Source: Reyranella sp. (GTDB lineage Bacteria > Pseudomonadota > Alphaproteobacteria > Reyranellales > Reyranellaceae). Taken from it: a DNA stretch of 24,000 bases. Location: NCBI RefSeq assembly GCF_965279465.1, contig NZ_OZ257242.1, positions 1,757,422 to 1,781,421 of the forward strand. Reading direction: 5' to 3'. The notes beneath the pieces are model-generated. The model had not been told where the DNA came from. It saw only the letters and a list, made by a program, of their open reading frames with translations, and made no database searches. Both the position numbers and the translations under genes were made by a program. This document shows, piece after piece, positions 9,079 to 16,938 of the stretch (position 1 is its first letter; each line of letters opens with the position of its first letter).

Positions 9079-9779
9079 TGCGCGTCCACCATTTGTTTGA
9101 TTACCAGGGCTCCGTAGGCGGCGTTTGCGTGCGTCGGGTTGGACCAAAAGTCAGGACGTAGAAAACCATTCCCGTCCATCGATTCAGGTGGCACCGGAAT
9201 AAATTCAATGCCGCATTCCCTGCAACTTTCGGCAAAGATATCCGAATTTAGTCTCCACAGCTTATAGCGAAGATGGTGATCCGATATCTGATATGGCTTG
9301 TTGCCTAGATAGCGTAGCCGCCGAGCATGCAGATGGTTGCGAATGAATGTTTCGTCTTCGATCTGGGGAGGAGACTCGAGGTGTTTAACTCTCCCTGGGT
9401 AAAGCTCTGCTAAAGTTCTTAAACTATCCAACCAGAGCCCAACCGCTTTCTTCATCCGGTCCTTTATTGCGGAATAGGGAATCCACTCAAATCCGCTGGC
9501 GCCAGGGCGACGCAAGGCGGGAAAGTCCGGGTGTATGAAGTCAAATGGCTTGCTGTGCTCTATTAGACCGAAATTGTTGTGGGCGTTTCCACCAATTGAT
9601 GAGAATATTGTGTCGCTGCAGTTGTCCAACGACGATCTCAACTTGGGAGAAAGAACAGGTCCCGGAGTGGATCTCGAGATTGCTTTCTTTATATGAAAGA
9701 ATCTTACTGGTATGCCGCTGGCCTCGGCCGCCTCTAGTATCGCGACAGAATGGCTGGCTCCAACAAGGATAAAACGCAT
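9075..9779 (-). CDS. Hypothetical protein, possibly SGNH/GDSL-like hydrolase fold
   Basis: Three blocks resemble SGNH motifs: RFILVGASHS (block I-like), SSIGGNAHNN (block II-like Gly/Asn) and NPTHANAAYGALV (block V-like xxH). The ATG at 9779 is preceded by GGAGAG; the track start at 9791 is GTG. The gene sits in a low-GC stretch and is stop/start-overlapped with the GSCFA gene. Confidence 0.6.
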   Translation of the reverse strand: MRFILVGASHSVAILEAAEASGIPVRFFHIKKAISRSTPGPVLSPKLRSSLDNCSDTIFSSIGGNAHNNFGLIEHSKPFDFIHPDFPALRRPGASGFEWIPYSAIKDRMKKAVGLWLDSLRTLAELYPGRVKHLESPPQIEDETFIRNHLHARRLRYLGNKPYQISDHHLRYKLWRLNSDIFAESCRECGIEFIPVPPESMDGNGFLRPDFWSNPTHANAAYGALVIKQMVDAQ

Positions 9780-10250
9780 TTGTCTCTCCACATGGGCAGA
9801 AACATATAGAGGTTTCCCGCAAACTCAACAGGGAACGTGGGTCCTGCCAATGGTCACTAGGGCTGCGAGCTTGCCGGACTGGATGGCGAGTTCAGGCGAC
9901 ATCAGTCTCTGGAATTGCCAAATTGTGTTCCGGGCCTCCTTGCGGATCAATTTGACAATGGCTTGACGAATTCACGTCGAAAGGCGGCGCTCCGTTCGAG
10001 GCTTGAGATCAAGGTTTGGCCGACTTCAGGCACTTCCCTCGTTAGCCCTGTCAATTGCACCTTGATCGGCCGGGTGGCGGTCGCCAGGAGCCAACAAGGT
10101 CAACGTCTCGACGTGTTACAGCGTGTCTTCGGGAATGTCAGCACTATCGGTGCATCAATGGCGCTATCCGGCTAACGAAGAGCCGCACGTCCGCTATGAC
10201 CGGCTTATTGCCTCCCCATCCATCCTGATTTTGATCTTCGGGATGGGGAA

Positions 10251-10276
10251 TTAGAAAACGGCCCCGAGGGACCGTT
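10251..10276 (-). terminator. Putative intrinsic terminator downstream of tRNA-Gly
   Basis: On the minus strand the sequence reads AACGG-T-CCC TCG GGG CCGTT TTCTAA. This gives an 8-bp stem with one bulge, a 3-nt loop and a short U-rich tail, located 29 nt after the tRNA 3' end. Confidence 0.4.
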
Positions 10277-10304
10277 CCAAGTTGAACGCTTCCGTAAGAG
10301 AATC

Positions 10305-10379
<75 letters not shown>

Positions 10380-10388
10380 GCAGGAGCC

Positions 10389-10416
10389 ATTCTAGCGCGC
10401 CCGCTGGCGCCGCCAA
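10389..10416 (-). promoter_or_regulatory. Candidate sigma70-type promoter for tRNA-Gly
   Basis: The minus strand reads TTGGCG-N16-TAGAAT, with the -10 element ending 9 nt before the mature tRNA 5' end. Confidence 0.45.
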
Positions 10417-10425
10417 GGTCCAATC

Positions 10426-11589
10426 GTGTATCTCAGGCCCATGCTCGACGAGACCCTGACGCCCGAAGAACGCGCCGTCGTCGCCAAGGCCAAGGCCTTC
10501 GCCGCCGATCATGTCGCGCCCAATGCCTCTCGCTGGGAATGGGAGCGGCGCTATCCGCTCGAAACCATCCGGGCTGCCTGCGCCGTCAGGCTCAACACCA
10601 TCGAGCTGGCGAAGACGCATGGCGGCCAGGGGCTTTCGTTTTCCTGCAAGCTGCGCGCGTTCGAGGAGATCGCCAAGGCCGACTTCGCCTTCGCCTTCGC
10701 GCTGATCAACCACCACAATGCCTGTGCGCGCTTCGCCAGGGACGGCCAGCCCGGACACGTCGCACGCCTTCTGCCGCGCCTGCTGACCGGCGAGCTGATC
10801 GGCTGCGCGGGCCTGAGCGAGCCCGGCGTGGGCAGCGACTTCGGCGGCCTGGAGATGAAGGCCGAGCAGATCGAGGGCGGTTGGAAGCTGAACGGCGCCA
10901 AGGCCTGGATCACCAATGCGGCCGTCGCTGGACTGTCCGTTGCCTATGCCCAGACCGACCGCAGCCACGGCTATCGCGGCATCGCCTGCTTCGCGATCGA
11001 GGCCGAGCGGCCGGGCTTCCATCGCGAGCCGCCGTTCGAGCTGCATGGCGGCCACGCGATCGGCGTCGGCGGTTTCCGGCTGGTCGACTACATCGCGCCG
11101 GACGAGGCCGTGCTGCATCCGCCGGGCGCGGCCTTCAAGGCGGCACTGGCCGGCATCAACGGCGCGCGCGCCTACGTCGCCGCCATGTGCTGCGGCATGC
11201 TGCAGGCGTCGCTCGAGACGGCGGTGCGCTACACGCAGCAGCGCAAGACCTTCGGCCAGGCGGTGATCGATCATCAGGGCGTGCGCTGGAAGCTGGTCGA
11301 CGCCGCGGCCGATCTCGAAGCGGCGCGGCTGCTGACCTATCGCGCCGCGCGCCTGATCGACGCGGGCCAGGACGCGGTGCTCCCCGCCGCCTATGCCAAG
11401 AAGTTTGCGACCGACATGGCGGTGCAGCGCATTGCCGACTGCATCCAGGCGATGGGTGCGAACGGCCTGCGCGCCGACTATCCGCTGGCCCGCCACCTCG
11501 CCGGTGCGAAGATCGCCGCCTACACCGACGGGTCGATCGAGATGATGAACGAGCGGATCGGCGCGGCTCTGCCGCAGATCTTCGGGTGA
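10426..11589 (+). CDS. Acyl-CoA dehydrogenase-fold flavoprotein
   Basis: The full-length ACAD pattern is present (GCAGLSEPGVGSDFGGLEMKAE...WKLNGAKAWITNA; ...RKTFGQAVIDHQGVRWKLVDAAADLEAARLL). The C-terminal catalytic-base motif reads AAYTDGSIEMMNERI instead of the usual IYEGT. The track start at 10426 is GTG; an alternative ATG lies at 10441 (MLDETL...). Confidence 0.88.
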   Translation: MYLRPMLDETLTPEERAVVAKAKAFAADHVAPNASRWEWERRYPLETIRAACAVRLNTIELAKTHGGQGLSFSCKLRAFEEIAKADFAFAFALINHHNACARFARDGQPGHVARLLPRLLTGELIGCAGLSEPGVGSDFGGLEMKAEQIEGGWKLNGAKAWITNAAVAGLSVAYAQTDRSHGYRGIACFAIEAERPGFHREPPFELHGGHAIGVGGFRLVDYIAPDEAVLHPPGAAFKAALAGINGARAYVAAMCCGMLQASLETAVRYTQQRKTFGQAVIDHQGVRWKLVDAAADLEAARLLTYRAARLIDAGQDAVLPAAYAKKFATDMAVQRIADCIQAMGANGLRADYPLARHLAGAKIAAYTDGSIEMMNERIGAALPQIFG

Positions 11590-12563
11590 TCCTCTCGACC
11601 GTCGAGATGCACACGGGCGGCGAGCCGACGCGCATCGTCGTCGACGGCTGGCCGCGTTTCGCGGGCAGGACCCTGCTCGACAAGCGGCGCGAGGCGAAGG
11701 AGCGCTTCGATCACCTGCGCCGCGGCCTGATGCTCGAGCCGCGCGGCCATGACGGCATGTATGGCGCGCTGCTGGTCGAGCCCGATCATTCCGACGCCGA
11801 TCTCGCCGTGCTGTTCATGCACAACGAGGGCTGGTCGACGATGTGCGGCCACGCGACCATCGCGCTCGCGCGCTGGGCGGTCGAGAGCGGGCGGGTGAAA
11901 GGCCCGACGGTACGCCTGCAATGTCCGTGCGGCCTCGTGGTGGCAAGCGTCGCGGCCGACGGCTGGGTGCGCTTCGAGAGCGTGCCGTCTTTTGCCTACG
12001 CGCTCGACCGCATCGCGCCGACCGCGACCTGGGGTCCGGTGACGGTCGACGTCGCTTATGGCGGCGCGTTCTATGCCTTCCTGCCGGCCGATACGATCGG
12101 CCTCGACCTGCACCGGTCGCCGATGCGGGCGATCGTCGATGCGGGCGAGGAGATTGCGCGGGCGGTCTCGAAGGCCGTGCCGATTGAGCATCCCGACGAA
12201 CCCGATCTCGCCTTCCTCTACGGCACGATCCTGACCGACCGCGGCGACGGTGCCGAGACGCCCAGCCGCAATGTCTGCATCTTCGCCGGCCGGCAGATCG
12301 ATCGCAGCCCGACCGGCAGCGGAGTCTCGGCGCGAATGGCGCTGCAGGTGGCGCGGCGTCAGGCGCGTCTGGGCGATCAACGCCGGTTCGAGAGCTGCAC
12401 CGGGTCGCTCTTCACCGGAACGGCAGTCCGCGAAGCGCCGCGGGTCGGCCCGCGCAAGGCGGTGATCGTGGAAGTCGGCGGCGTCGCCCACTTCACGAGC
12501 GAGGCGCGGTTCCGGTTCGATCCGGACGATCCGCTGCGCGACGGCTTCAGCCTGTCAACCTGA
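11586..12563 (+). CDS. Proline-racemase-family enzyme, Cys/Thr type: predicted trans-3-hydroxy-L-proline dehydratase
   Basis: The sequence reads VEMHTGGEPTRIVVDG..., then EGWSTMCGHATIA (first catalytic Cys) and IDRSPTGSGVSARMA (Thr where the racemases and epimerases have the second Cys). The GTG at 11586 overlaps the ACAD stop as GTGA. Only the 3' third of the 746-aa track ORF is real coding sequence. Confidence 0.78.
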   Translation: MILSTVEMHTGGEPTRIVVDGWPRFAGRTLLDKRREAKERFDHLRRGLMLEPRGHDGMYGALLVEPDHSDADLAVLFMHNEGWSTMCGHATIALARWAVESGRVKGPTVRLQCPCGLVVASVAADGWVRFESVPSFAYALDRIAPTATWGPVTVDVAYGGAFYAFLPADTIGLDLHRSPMRAIVDAGEEIARAVSKAVPIEHPDEPDLAFLYGTILTDRGDGAETPSRNVCIFAGRQIDRSPTGSGVSARMALQVARRQARLGDQRRFESCTGSLFTGTAVREAPRVGPRKAVIVEVGGVAHFTSEARFRFDPDDPLRDGFSLST

Positions 12564-12641
12564 GCGAAGCGAAGGATCTGGCGGAACGATAAGCGATTCT
12601 GGGGCCGGCGTGAGGTCCTTCGCTTCGCTCAGGACGACAGG
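12551..12641. repeat. REP-like inverted repeat (arms cctgtcaaCCTGAGCGAAGCGAAGGA / TCCTTCGCTTCGCTCAGGacgacagg)
   Basis: The core arms 12559-12576 and 12616-12633 are perfect 18-nt reverse complements. The pairing extends to 26 nt (12551-12576 with 12616-12641) across a 2-nt mismatch, with a 39-nt spacer. The left arm contains the last codons and the TGA stop of the dehydratase gene. Confidence 0.75.
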
Positions 12642-12691
12642 TTATATGAGTAGGATAGCGAGCCGGAAGGAACGGAGCCGATTGCCGGAAC

Positions 12692-13126
12692 ATGCATATG
12701 AGCCGCAAGAACAGCACGCTAGCGACTGCGATCTCGCCTCTGCGCTCCCGTATAATGCGCTCCATCACCAAGAAGAACACCCGCCCGGAGCTGACTGTAC
12801 GGCGGGTCCTCCACGCAATGGGCCTGCGCTTCCGCCTGCATAGGCACGACCTTCCGGGCACACCCGATGTTGTCCTGCCCCGGCACCGGGCTGCCGTTCT
12901 GGTGCACGGATGCTTCTGGCACCAGCATGCCGGCTGCAAGCACGCCAAGCTCCCGCGCGCGCGTCCCGAATACTGGCTGCCGAAGTTGGCACGGAATGCC
13001 GAGCGCGATGTGCGAGCGAAGGACGCCCTAAAGACCGCGGGTTGGCGCGTGTTCGTCGTCTGGGAGTGCGAGACGAAAGACCGACAAGCTCTGGCCCGTC
13101 GTCTTCGCAGGGTGCCTATTCGCTAG
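12692..13126 (+). CDS. vsr: Very-short-patch repair endonuclease (Vsr)
   Basis: The Vsr family signature is present: RSRIMRSITKKNTRPELTVRRVLHAMGLRFRLH...LPGTPDVVLPRHRAAVLVHGCFWHQH..C....LP......W..K...N..RD..., then LKTAGWRVFVVWECE. An alternative ATG lies at 12698. Confidence 0.9.
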   Translation: MHMSRKNSTLATAISPLRSRIMRSITKKNTRPELTVRRVLHAMGLRFRLHRHDLPGTPDVVLPRHRAAVLVHGCFWHQHAGCKHAKLPRARPEYWLPKLARNAERDVRAKDALKTAGWRVFVVWECETKDRQALARRLRRVPIR

Positions 13127-14366
13127 GCGCAAGCATGCGCGCGGCGGCTCGCTTGCCCTTGCCTGTCCCGGGATGAGCTTCGTGCTTACCCCGCAAGGCG
13201 AGGAATCTCGAGGGAAGTGGCAGGGTCACTGCCGGATGGAGTGGGCCGTTCTTTGCGGGCAGGATGGCGAGCTTTACTGGCGGGGGCCAATCTCTTGCGC
13301 CGAGAAGTTGCCAAGCGATCGCGCGTGCCAGCATCTCAGCAAGGTGAGACGGAACGGCATTTCCAAGCTGCCGTTGCGCGTCGGCGATCGTGCCCAGAAT
13401 CTCGACATCGTCCGGGAATGTCTGCAAGCGGGCCATCTCACGCATTGTCAAACGACGGTTGTTCCAATGGAACGGGCCCGTGGCCGGGCCTGGCTGCGCC
13501 TGAATGGTCCACGCAGGCTGATCCTTTGCCAGCTTCAGCAGGAATGACCAGTACCGACGACGCCATCCGAACAGTGGTTCACCACCACCCCGGTCCGTGT
13601 GCCAAAGATAGTTGTTTCCCTCCGGAATCGTGGGCAACAGCTCGGCCCACTTCCCCTTCAATTGCACGTCGGGATCATTGGGTTCGGGCAAGTCGTGCAG
13701 CGCGTCCCAGGCAGTCAAATGGCGAGGACGAGCGTCAGTCCAATCTGCCTCGGCAGCGATATCCTCGCTAGCTGGACGATGGGTGGCTGCCGGAAAATTG
13801 AATTGCGTTCCGTCGCGCGCTCCGATGACGAAGATCCGCCTCCGGAGCTGTGGCACGCCGTAGTCTGCAGCATTCAGGATGGCGATCGTCGCCCGATACT
13901 GCGTGCCATGCGTTTCGTTGATCGCGGCAAGACGGGCGTGGATGAGCTGAAGACCTTCGTCCTTCCCTCTGAAACCCAGCCCTTCGACATTCTCGAGCAG
14001 GAACGCGCGAGGGCGGGCTTCCGCTAGAACCCTCAAGTAGCCTTCCAGCGTCGTTGCCCGGGGATCGTCGAGCCGCTTGGCATCACCAGTTGCCCAGAAT
14101 CCGGATTTCGAGAAGGGTTGGCATGGTGGGCCGCCGATAAGCACGTCGGCTTGGCCGGGCTGCAGTGCGGCGCGATCCAGCAGCTCCTTCGTTGGCACGG
14201 CGGCAATATCGCGCTCGATGATCGGCCAGCTCCGATTGTGCCGGAGCGTGGCGCAGCAACGATCGTCGACTTCTAGGGCGACGGCCGTGCGGAAACCCGC
14301 CGCTTCGAACCCGAAGTCGAGCCCTCCGGCGCCAGTGAACAGGCTTATCGCGGTAAGCTCAGTCAT
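13116..14366 (-). CDS. dcm: DNA (cytosine-5)-methyltransferase
   Basis: The C5-MTase motifs are present: I LFTGAGGLDFGF, IV GGPPCQPFS, VI LLENV, VIII QLRRRIFVIG, and X QLGNAVPSHLA. The 3' end overlaps vsr convergently by 11 nt. Confidence 0.93.
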   Translation of the reverse strand: MTELTAISLFTGAGGLDFGFEAAGFRTAVALEVDDRCCATLRHNRSWPIIERDIAAVPTKELLDRAALQPGQADVLIGGPPCQPFSKSGFWATGDAKRLDDPRATTLEGYLRVLAEARPRAFLLENVEGLGFRGKDEGLQLIHARLAAINETHGTQYRATIAILNAADYGVPQLRRRIFVIGARDGTQFNFPAATHRPASEDIAAEADWTDARPRHLTAWDALHDLPEPNDPDVQLKGKWAELLPTIPEGNNYLWHTDRGGGEPLFGWRRRYWSFLLKLAKDQPAWTIQAQPGPATGPFHWNNRRLTMREMARLQTFPDDVEILGTIADAQRQLGNAVPSHLAEMLARAIAWQLLGARDWPPPVKLAILPAKNGPLHPAVTLPLPSRFLALRGKHEAHPGTGKGKRAAARMLAPSE

Positions 14367-15589
14367 ACCGACACACCTTTAGCTGCATAAGCCCGCAGGA
14401 ACATCTCCCGAACGTCAGCAAGCCAGTGGTTATCCACGCGAATGTTACTGGCAATGCGGCCCGCGCATGTCTTGTGCGGCGGCAGTGCGCCCGGTAGTGC
14501 GAAGCGGAAGTCCCACTTTGCCGAAACGGCATGAAGGCAAGCAGCGACGATGTCGAACTCTGCCGGTCGGTAGTAGCGCGAGCACGGATCGCCCTTGGCT
14601 GCCCGCGTGCGCTGGAAGTCCATCTTCGGATTGCCGAAACAATCAGTCTCGCGCGCGACGTTCTTGCACTCCACGGTCAGCAATGGGCCGTGCCGATATC
14701 CGATCTCAAGGTCGGGGCCACCCTCTCCATCGAGCCGCGCGCAATGGGTGACGCCCGGCACCTCGGCGAGCGCGCCTCGCAAATGCTCCTCGGCGACCCA
14801 CCCACGAACAGCCATCTTCAGCCGACGCGCCCCGGCGATGAGGTCGAGGATCTCGTTGGAGGCCATCCCGAACTGCTTCACGAGAGGATGTTCGGCGGCC
14901 ATTTGCATGACTCCGGCGTCTTCATCAGGTCGACGCACACGCGATGTTGGCAACGCGAGGCTCTGGCTTTCGGCCAGAATCAGCCGGTTGCCCGGATCCA
15001 GGCCGCGAGCGGCCCGCTCAAAGCGGATAAGGTCCAGAAACTTGGTCTTCATCGTGCCGACTAGTGTCTCCACACGAAGCCCGTCGACTGACGCATTTCG
15101 CTTGATCCGCTGCCACGCATGCCAACCTTGGTCGAATGTAGCCTCGGCATGCTCATCCTTGAACTCGAGCCTGATGAAGAACTTGGTTGGGCTATGGACT
15201 ATCGGGTCGGCCGAAACGCACAAGCCGCTTTCGGGTTCGATCCCGACGAGCAACGTCGTGAACATGCCCATCGGATCTTGCCAGAGCTCATGCGTATTGT
15301 CGGCGGCGTAGCTTGCCTTGCCGCCATACTTGATCTGGAAGCTTCTCTCATCGGCAGGACGGTTCTTAGTTGGGGTTCGCGTGGCCAGAAAAGCGTAGGC
15401 CACGATACCCATCCGCTCGCGGGTCGCGGTCTCGAAGACAACGATAAAGGGAGCTTGGTCCGGCGACGAGCTGTGAATGATCTTGCAGCCCGCGTCGAGC
15501 AGAGCGCTTATCATGTAATCTACGAGAGGGCGGCGCGCCCTCGCGCTGACGCCGTAGGTCCGAAGTCCCGGGATCATTGGCGGTCGCAA
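14363..15589 (-). CDS. Putative type II restriction endonuclease: C-terminal PD-(D/E)XK nuclease core, unassigned N-terminal half
   Basis: The stop overlaps the methyltransferase ATG as ATGA (14363-14366). The C-terminal region reads GWVAEEHL...GGPDLEIGYRHGPLLTVECKNV, an E...PD-x13-ExK arrangement (PD codons at 14716-14711, ExK codons at 14671-14663). I could not recognise a family for the first roughly 230 aa. The track start at 15589 is TTG; an ATG lies at 15577. Confidence 0.6.
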   Translation of the reverse strand: MRPPMIPGLRTYGVSARARRPLVDYMISALLDAGCKIIHSSSPDQAPFIVVFETATRERMGIVAYAFLATRTPTKNRPADERSFQIKYGGKASYAADNTHELWQDPMGMFTTLLVGIEPESGLCVSADPIVHSPTKFFIRLEFKDEHAEATFDQGWHAWQRIKRNASVDGLRVETLVGTMKTKFLDLIRFERAARGLDPGNRLILAESQSLALPTSRVRRPDEDAGVMQMAAEHPLVKQFGMASNEILDLIAGARRLKMAVRGWVAEEHLRGALAEVPGVTHCARLDGEGGPDLEIGYRHGPLLTVECKNVARETDCFGNPKMDFQRTRAAKGDPCSRYYRPAEFDIVAACLHAVSAKWDFRFALPGALPPHKTCAGRIASNIRVDNHWLADVREMFLRAYAAKGVSV

Positions 15590-15757
15590 GAATTCATGCG
15601 TGGAGCAGTCTGCCGATCTATGGAGCTGTCGCTCCTATCTCAGGAGGATACGCCAGCCCTCGTGCGTTGCAACGCGCCGTGTTGACTCCCGGACCGGACG
15701 CATCCTGCGCTCAAGACGGTGTACTGCCTGGAAACCTGCAGTCCAATGAGCTTGAGA

Positions 15758-15789
15758 GGACGCGCCACTGGAGTGGGGCGCTCCTATGA
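15758..15789. repeat. Single unit of palindromic repeat subfamily 1 (GGAGCGCGCCACT-CC-AGTGGCGC type)
   Basis: Positions 15763-15789 (cgccactggagtggggcgctcctatga) match the arm at 17759-17785 at 26 of 27 positions. The unit can fold on itself. It contains the TAG stop (15784-15786, minus strand) of the PLP-enzyme gene. Confidence 0.7.
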
Positions 15790-16938
15790 ATTGTGCGCAC
15801 GCCTGAGTGCCTGGTCGAGGTCGTTGTACAGATCGCCGCTGTCCTCGACGCCGACTGAGAGCCGCAGCAGGTCGGGCGGGCAGGGCGTGCCGGGACCCTC
15901 GATGCTGGCGCGATGTTCGATCAGGCTTTCGACACCGCCGAGCGAGGTCGCGCGCTTCCACAGCTCGACGCGAGCCGCGGTGGCGATCGCCAGGCGCTCG
16001 CCGCCCTTGACCCGGACCGAGAGCATGCCGCCGAAACCACCCGTCATCTGCCTCTTTGCCGCGGCGTGTCCCGCGAAAGAGGGTAGGCCTGGATAGAGCA
16101 CTTCCTCGACCATGGGATGCGCCGCGAACCTCTGGGCCAGCGTCTCGGCCGAGCGGCAGGCCCACTGGACCCGCGGGAACAGCGTGCGCATGCCGCGCAT
16201 CAGCAGCCAGGCCTCGGTCTGGCCCAGGATCGTGCCGAGCTGGGCCCGGATCGCGCGCAGCTTCGCCCAATGCGCATCGTCGCGCGCGCCGACCAGCGCG
16301 CCGGCGATGATGTCGGAATGGCCGTTGAGGTACTTGGTCGCCGAATGCATGACGATGTCGGCACCATGCTCGATCGGCCGGGTCAGCACCGGCGTGGCCA
16401 CGGTCGAATCGACGGCGAGCAGCGCACCTGCCTCGTGCGCGATCTCGGCCACTGCGGCGATGTCGCTGACCGCCCAGGTCGGGTTGGCCGGCGTTTCGAG
16501 CCAGACGAGCTTGGTCGTGTTCGGCCGGACAGCGGCGGCGATGGCGTCGGTCCTGTCGGCATCGACGAACTCGACCTCGAGGCCCCATTGCGTCGCGAAG
16601 CTGGCGAGCCAGTTGCGCAGCGACCAGTACATGACTTTCGGGACGACGACGTGGTCGCCAGGGGCGAGGGCGAGGAAGCAGGCGGTCGCCGCACTCATGC
16701 CGGACGAGAGGACCAGAGCCTTAGCGCCGCCCTCGAGCGCCGCCAGGGTCGCTTCGGCCTGGTCGAAGGTCGGATTGTCGGCGCGCGCGTATATGCGACC
16801 GGAGCGATAGCCGTTATCCTCGTCGCGCTGATAGGTGCTCGCCATATGGATCGGCGGCACGACGGCCTTGGTCACCGGATCGACCCAGCCCATGGCCTGG
16901 GCTGCGAGCGATGCCGCTGTGACTTTTTTCTCTGCCAT
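15784..16938 (-). CDS. Cys/Met-metabolism PLP-dependent enzyme (cystathionine beta-lyase / gamma-synthase / gamma-lyase family)
   Basis: The sequence reads YARADNPTFDQAE...LSSGMSA..., VDSTVATP and ADIVMHSATKYLNGHSD (PLP-lysine motif). I moved the start to the ATG at 16938 (MAEKKVTAASL...); the upstream MALPSRKKKKKQ... stretch reads through a T/A homopolymer in the intergenic region. Confidence 0.88.
   Translation of the reverse strand: MAEKKVTAASLAAQAMGWVDPVTKAVVPPIHMASTYQRDEDNGYRSGRIYARADNPTFDQAEATLAALEGGAKALVLSSGMSAATACFLALAPGDHVVVPKVMYWSLRNWLASFATQWGLEVEFVDADRTDAIAAAVRPNTTKLVWLETPANPTWAVSDIAAVAEIAHEAGALLAVDSTVATPVLTRPIEHGADIVMHSATKYLNGHSDIIAGALVGARDDAHWAKLRAIRAQLGTILGQTEAWLLMRGMRTLFPRVQWACRSAETLAQRFAAHPMVEEVLYPGLPSFAGHAAAKRQMTGGFGGMLSVRVKGGERLAIATAARVELWKRATSLGGVESLIEHRASIEGPGTPCPPDLLRLSVGVEDSGDLYNDLDQALRRAHNS

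Noticed and set aside
9915-10175. An 86-aa plus-strand ORF, and a ~37-48 codon minus-strand ORF, in the gap next to the tRNA
   Set aside because: Neither has a convincing ribosome-binding site or a recognisable motif, and both are short. I left them uncalled and flagged the region as a finding instead.
7600-10304. An att-type direct repeat of the tRNA-Gly 3' end, and an integrase gene that would delimit a genomic island
   Set aside because: Scanning by eye, I found no copy of the tRNA 3' segment (gatttgaacccgcgacc) and no integrase-like ORF. The island interpretation therefore rests on composition and position only. A computational repeat search is needed.
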